From: the human T2T-CHM13v2.0 reference genome, Homo sapiens
Assembly: GCF_009914755.1 (NCBI RefSeq)
Contig: NC_060938.1
Strand: one strand, 5' to 3'
DNA: 64,000 nt
Shown here one piece after another: positions 55,920 to 64,000 of the stretch. Position 1 is the stretch's first letter. Each line of letters begins with the position of its first letter. The position numbers were made by a program, and so were the translations under genes. Below the pieces are notes generated by a model that worked only from the letters and a program-made list of their open reading frames with translations, did no database searches and had not been told where the DNA came from.

Positions 55920-56504
55920 TGCTGGCTGTTTGCTCCCGGAGCTCTGCGGACACCCAGAAACATGCAGGGAAGGGTGGATGACCAGCATGGTGCCTTCGCA
56001 CTCCTTGCAAGTTTCCAAACCGGCCACACTGCAGATTCCCCATGTTGCCGCACACGGGAATCCATCGTCAGGCCATCACGCCGGGGAGGCATCTTCTTTC
56101 TGGGGTCTCGCTCTGGTCTTCTACGTGGAAATGAAGAAGAGCCACACACCTGCGCGTGTGGGACTGTCCCGGCAACGGCGACTCCCACAGGCATTGCGTC
56201 CTTCATGGCGAGAGGGCCTGGAACACTCCAGACTCCCACGGAGGTTAAGTTCCACACTCCCCTCCACACTCCCAGGCTGGTTTCTCCCTGCTGAAGATGC
56301 GTGGGAGCCCAGAGAGCAGCTTCCAGTTCCCGCGGGATTCCTGGAGAGGTCCGGAGTGTCAGCCCCTGAAACGGGCCCCCCTCACCCCTTCCCCCTCACC
56401 CCCTTCCTCTTCGTCTCTCCGGCCCCACCACCACCATCTCCCCGCCCTCCCCCACCAACCCACCACCCCCCGGCCGCAGGCCTCGACGCCCTGGGACTCT
56501 TCCG

Positions 56505-57984
<1,480 letters not shown>

Positions 57985-58686
57985 GTCGCGGGGTTGGGAA
58001 GGGGTCGGGTCCGGGCAGGGGGGATGACCTCTCTTTCACGGGGAACTCTTGGCTGGCTATGGAGGGGCGTGTCTTCCCCCTGCCCCCTCCACCGGGCTGA
58101 CCGGCCTGGGATTCCTGCCTTCTAGGTCTAGGCATGGTGAGAGACTCCACACAGCAGAGAACTGCCATTCTTTCCTAGGCATCCGGGGGATCCCTGAGCC
58201 AGCCCAGGTACCAGCAGGTGGGCCACCTACTTTGCATGCGCGGGTTTGTGGGCAGCCGCCTGGGCTGTGGGAGCAGCCCGGGTAGAGCTCTCATGCCTTT
58301 CCACCACCCCACCCACGCCTGAACAACCCCTCCCCACCCCCAATCCTCACCCTCGGAAATTGCATCCTCCCCTGGGATGGGTGGAGACCCCCATCCCGCG
58401 AAACACTGAGCCCGTGCATGGTCGAGACAATCCTCCGGTGGCTTGCCTCCTCTGCGTCTCCGCGCCACCATCACCGGCCCGCCCGTGCCACTGCAGCCTC
58501 CCAGCTGCCACCATGGAGCGCCTGGCGGCAGAAAGCAGACCTCTAGCTCTCTTTGCCAGCCTCCTGGCTAGACCTGCGTTCATTGCGCACCACGGCTGAC
58601 GTGCAAGGAGCCCGCTCGACTGTCTGTGTCGTAGTCCGTCTGTGAAATTCCGGCTGAGGCTCTCCCAAAACCTTCCGAAGATCTTT

Positions 58687-61600
58687 AGTCAAAGCCTGGA
58701 GAATAGTGACATCTCCTGGATGATAATTTCAGAAACATGTGACAATGCCCCATCCCTGTGGAGCCTAGAGAAGATTTGCATCATTTGGGTGATCAGTGCA
58801 GAGATATATCACAATGTCCCCTGTACAAAAAGCCTGCAAATGATTCACATCACCTCAGTGATCAGTGCATAGGTATGTCAGAAATCCCCAGTAGGCTGAA
58901 CCTAGACAAGTGTTATATCACATAGGTGACTAGTGAAAAGATATGTGAAAATTCCGGTGTGGACAGAGCCTAGACAAGTGTTACCTCACCTAGTGATCAG
59001 TGCAGGGATAAGTCGTAAAGCCTCCTGTAGGCAGAGTGTAGACAATTGTTTCCTCCTTGGGGTGATCACTGCAGAGATATGTCACAAAGACCCTGCAAGC
59101 AGAACCTTGACAAGTGTTACATCACTTGTTTGATCAGTGGAAATGTATATCACAAAGCCCCCTGTAGGAAAAGCCCAGACAATTGTTACATCACCTGGGT
59201 GATCAGTGCAGAGTTATGTCACAATGCCCACTTTTGGCAGAGTCTAGACAAGGGTTACATCACCTGGGTGATCAGTGCAGACATGTGTCACAAGTCCCCT
59301 GTAGTCAGAGCCTAGACAAGAGTTACATCAGCTGTGTGATCAGTGTAGTGACATGTCACAATGTCCCTGTAGCCATATCCTTGAGAAAAGTGACATCACC
59401 TGGGTGATCAGTGCGGAGATATGTCACAATGTCTCCAGTAGGCATAGCCTAGACAAGAGACACATCATCTGGGTGATCAGGGAAGGGATATGTCACAATG
59501 CCCCCTGTAAGCAGATCCCAGACAAGAGTTGCATCACCTAGGTGATCAGTGCAGAGATATGTTTCAATGCCCTCTGCCGGCGAAGCCTAGAGAAGAGTTA
59601 CATCATCTCGGTGATCAGTGAAGTGATATGTTAAAATGCCCCTGTAGGCAGAGCCTAGACAAGAGTTACATCACCTGGGTGATCAGTACAGAGATATCTC
59701 ACAATACGCCCTTTAAGCAGAGCCTAGACAACAGTTACATCACTTTTGTCATCAGTTCAGGCATATGTGAAAACGCCCCTGTAGGCAGAGCCTAGACAAG
59801 AGTTACAACACCTAGTTGATCAGTGCAGAGATATTTCAAAATACACCCAGAGGCAGATCCTAGACAAGAGTTGAATCACCTCGGTGATCAGTGAAGAGAT
59901 ATTTCACAATGCCCCCTTAGGGCAGAGGGTAGACAAAAGTTTCATCACCTAGGTGATCAGTGTGGAGATTTGTCAAAATTCCCGGTAAGCAGTGCTTATA
60001 AAAGTGTTACGTCACCTAAGTGATCAGTGTAGAAATATGTCACAAAGCTCCTGTAGGCAGAACTTAGATGAGTTACGTCACCTGGGTGATCAGTGCAAAG
60101 GTATGCCACAAAGCCCCCTGTAAGCAAAGCCTAGACAATAGTTACATCTCTTGGGTGATCAGTGGTGAGATCTCTCACAATTGCCCAGTAGGCAGAGATT
60201 ATACAACAGTTACATCACCTGGGTGATCAGTGCAGAGGTATGTCACAATGCCACCACAGGGAGATCCAAGACAAGAGTCCGTCACCTGGGTGATCAGTGC
60301 AGAAATATGTCACAATGCCCCCTTATGCAGAGCCTAGACAAAAGCCCCATCACCTGGATGATCAGTGCAGAGTTATGTCACAAAGTCCCTTTAGACAGAT
60401 CCTAGACAAGTGTTACATCACTTGGATGATCAGTGCAGAGATACGTCACAATGCCACTGTAGGCAGAGCCTAGACAAGAGTTACATGACCTATGTGATCA
60501 GTGCAGGGATACAGCACAATATCCCTCTAGTTAGAGCCTTGACAAGTGGTACATCACCTGGGTGATCATTGCAGGGATATGTCACAAAGCACCCTGTAGG
60601 CAGATCCTAGAAAAGGATTACATCACCTGGGTCATCAGTGCAGATATATGTCACAATGCCACTGTAGGCAGAGCCTATACAAGAGTTACATGACCTAGGT
60701 GATCAGTGCAGAGATACATCGCGATGCCCTGTAGGCAGAACCTTGACAGGTGTTATATCACCTGGGTGATCATTGCAGGGATATGTCACAAAGCACCCTG
60801 TAGGCAGATCCTAGAGAAGAGTTATATCACCTGGGTGATCAGTGCAGAGATATGTCACAAGCCCCCTGTAGGCAGAGCCTAGACAAGAGTTATATCACCT
60901 GGGTGATCAGTACAGTGATATGTCAAAATGCCGTGTAGCCAGAGTCTAGACTAAAGTTACAGCACCTGGGAGATCCGTGCAGAGATATGTTACAATGTCC
61001 CCAGTAGGCAGAGAACAGGCAAGAGTTGGATCACCTCAGGATCAGTGCAGAGACATGTCTCAAACCCCCTGTGAGCACAGCCTAGAAAAGAGTAACATTA
61101 CCTTAATTAACAGTGTAGAGATATGTCAAAATGCCCCTGTAGGCAGAGCCTACACAAGTGTTACATCACTTAGGTGATCAATGCAGAGATATTTCACACT
61201 ACCCCCAGTAAGCAGAGCCTAGACAAAAGTTACGTCACCTGGATGATCAGTGCAGAGATTTGTGACAACGCCCCTGTAAGCAGAGCCTAGAAAATAGTTA
61301 CATCACCAGAGTGATCAGTGCAGAGATCTGTCACAATACCCCTTCAGGCAGAGCGTAGACCATTGTTACATCACAAGGGTGATCAGTGCAGAGATATGTC
61401 ACAATGCACCCATTGGCAAATCCAAGACAAGAGTCCGTCACCTGGGTGATCAGTGTAGAAATATGTGACAATGACTGCAGGAGGCAGAGCATAGAGAAGA
61501 GTCCCATCACCTGGGTGATCAGTGCAGAGATATTTCACAATACCCCTGCAGGCAGAGCGTAAGCAAGAGTTACATCACCTAGATGATCAGTACAGAGATA

Positions 61601-61945
61601 TGTCACAAGGCCCCCTGTAGGCAGAGCCTGGACAAGAGTTACATCACCTCGGTGATCAATGAAGTGATATGTCACTATGCCCCGTAAGGACAGCCTAGTC
61701 AAGCATTACATCACCTGGGTGATTAGTGCAGAGGTATGTCACAAAGCCCCCATACACAGAGCCTAGACAAGAGTCCCATCACCTGGGTGATCAGTGCAGA
61801 AATATGTCACAATGCCCCCATAGGCATATCCAACACAAGAGTTACATCACCTGGGTGATCAGTGCAGAGATATGTCACAAAGCCAATGTAGGCAGAGCCT
61901 AGACAAGTGTTACATCACTTTGTTGATCAGTACAGAGAAGTGCCA
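58687..61945 (+). repeat. Beta-satellite array J
   Basis: 68-bp monomers. Confidence 0.97.
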
Positions 61946-62529
61946 TGCTGACAGTTTGCTCCCGGAGCTCTGCGCGCACCCGGAAACATGCAGGAATTGT
62001 GGAAGACTGGCATGGTGCCTCCGCTCTCCTTGCCAGTTTCCAAACCAGCCACACTGCAGACTCCCCATGTTGCCGCACACGGGAATCCATCATCAGGCCA
62101 TCACGCCAGGGAGCCATCTTCTCTCTGGGGTCTCGCTCTGGTCTCCTACTTGGAAATGAACGAGAGCCGCATGCCTGCGTGTGTGAGACTCTCCCGGCAA
62201 TGGCGACACCCACAGGCACTGCCTCCTTCACGGAGAGAGGGCCTGGAACACTGAAGATTCCCACGGAGGTTCAGTTCCACACTCCCCTCCACCCTCCGAG
62301 GACGGTTTCTCTGTGCTGAAGATGCATGGGAGCCTAGAGAGTGGCTTCCACTTCCCGCGGGATTCCTGGAGACGTCCAGAGAGCCAGCCCCCGAAACACG
62401 CCCCCCTCACCCCTTCCCCCTCGCCCCCTTCCTCTTCGTGTCTCCGGCCCCACCTCCGCCATCACCACTTCCTCCCCCCCCACCCCACCAACCCCCTTCC
62501 GCAGGCCTCGACACCCTGGGACCCTTCAG

Positions 62530-64000
<1,471 letters not shown>

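Overview
Primate (most likely human or great-ape) heterochromatic DNA, not microbial. The window is a composite of truncated D4Z4/DUX4-like units (about 2.4-2.8 kb when complete) alternating with 68-bp beta-satellite (Sau3A) arrays of 0.8-7.3 kb. This is the LSAU-BSAT type of composite typical of acrocentric short arms and pericentromeres; the exact chromosome cannot be assigned by eye. There are 11 units, here U1-U11. Nine retain the DUX4 start region, U6 is a 3'-only fragment and U8 is a non-coding remnant. None encodes an intact full-length DUX4-like protein. Orientation is + (1-13.2 kb), - (13.2-40.8 kb) and + (40.8-64 kb), and both switch points carry short templated insertions. Main observations: (i) every unit with an intact 3' end has a 4qA-type pLAM/exon-3-beta-satellite junction but lacks the ATTAAA poly(A) signal, and pLAM itself looks like a degenerate copy of the DUX4 5'UTR; (ii) several units keep a canonical TATAA promoter plus short homeodomain ORFs, and U1 also has a private downstream AATAAA; (iii) the satellite is an ordered string of monomer variants that records its duplication history. 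I found no convincing wholly new biological system; the best candidates are truncated DUX-homeodomain transcription units. Comparisons with 4q35 DUX4/pLAM are from memory of the reference and need alignment.
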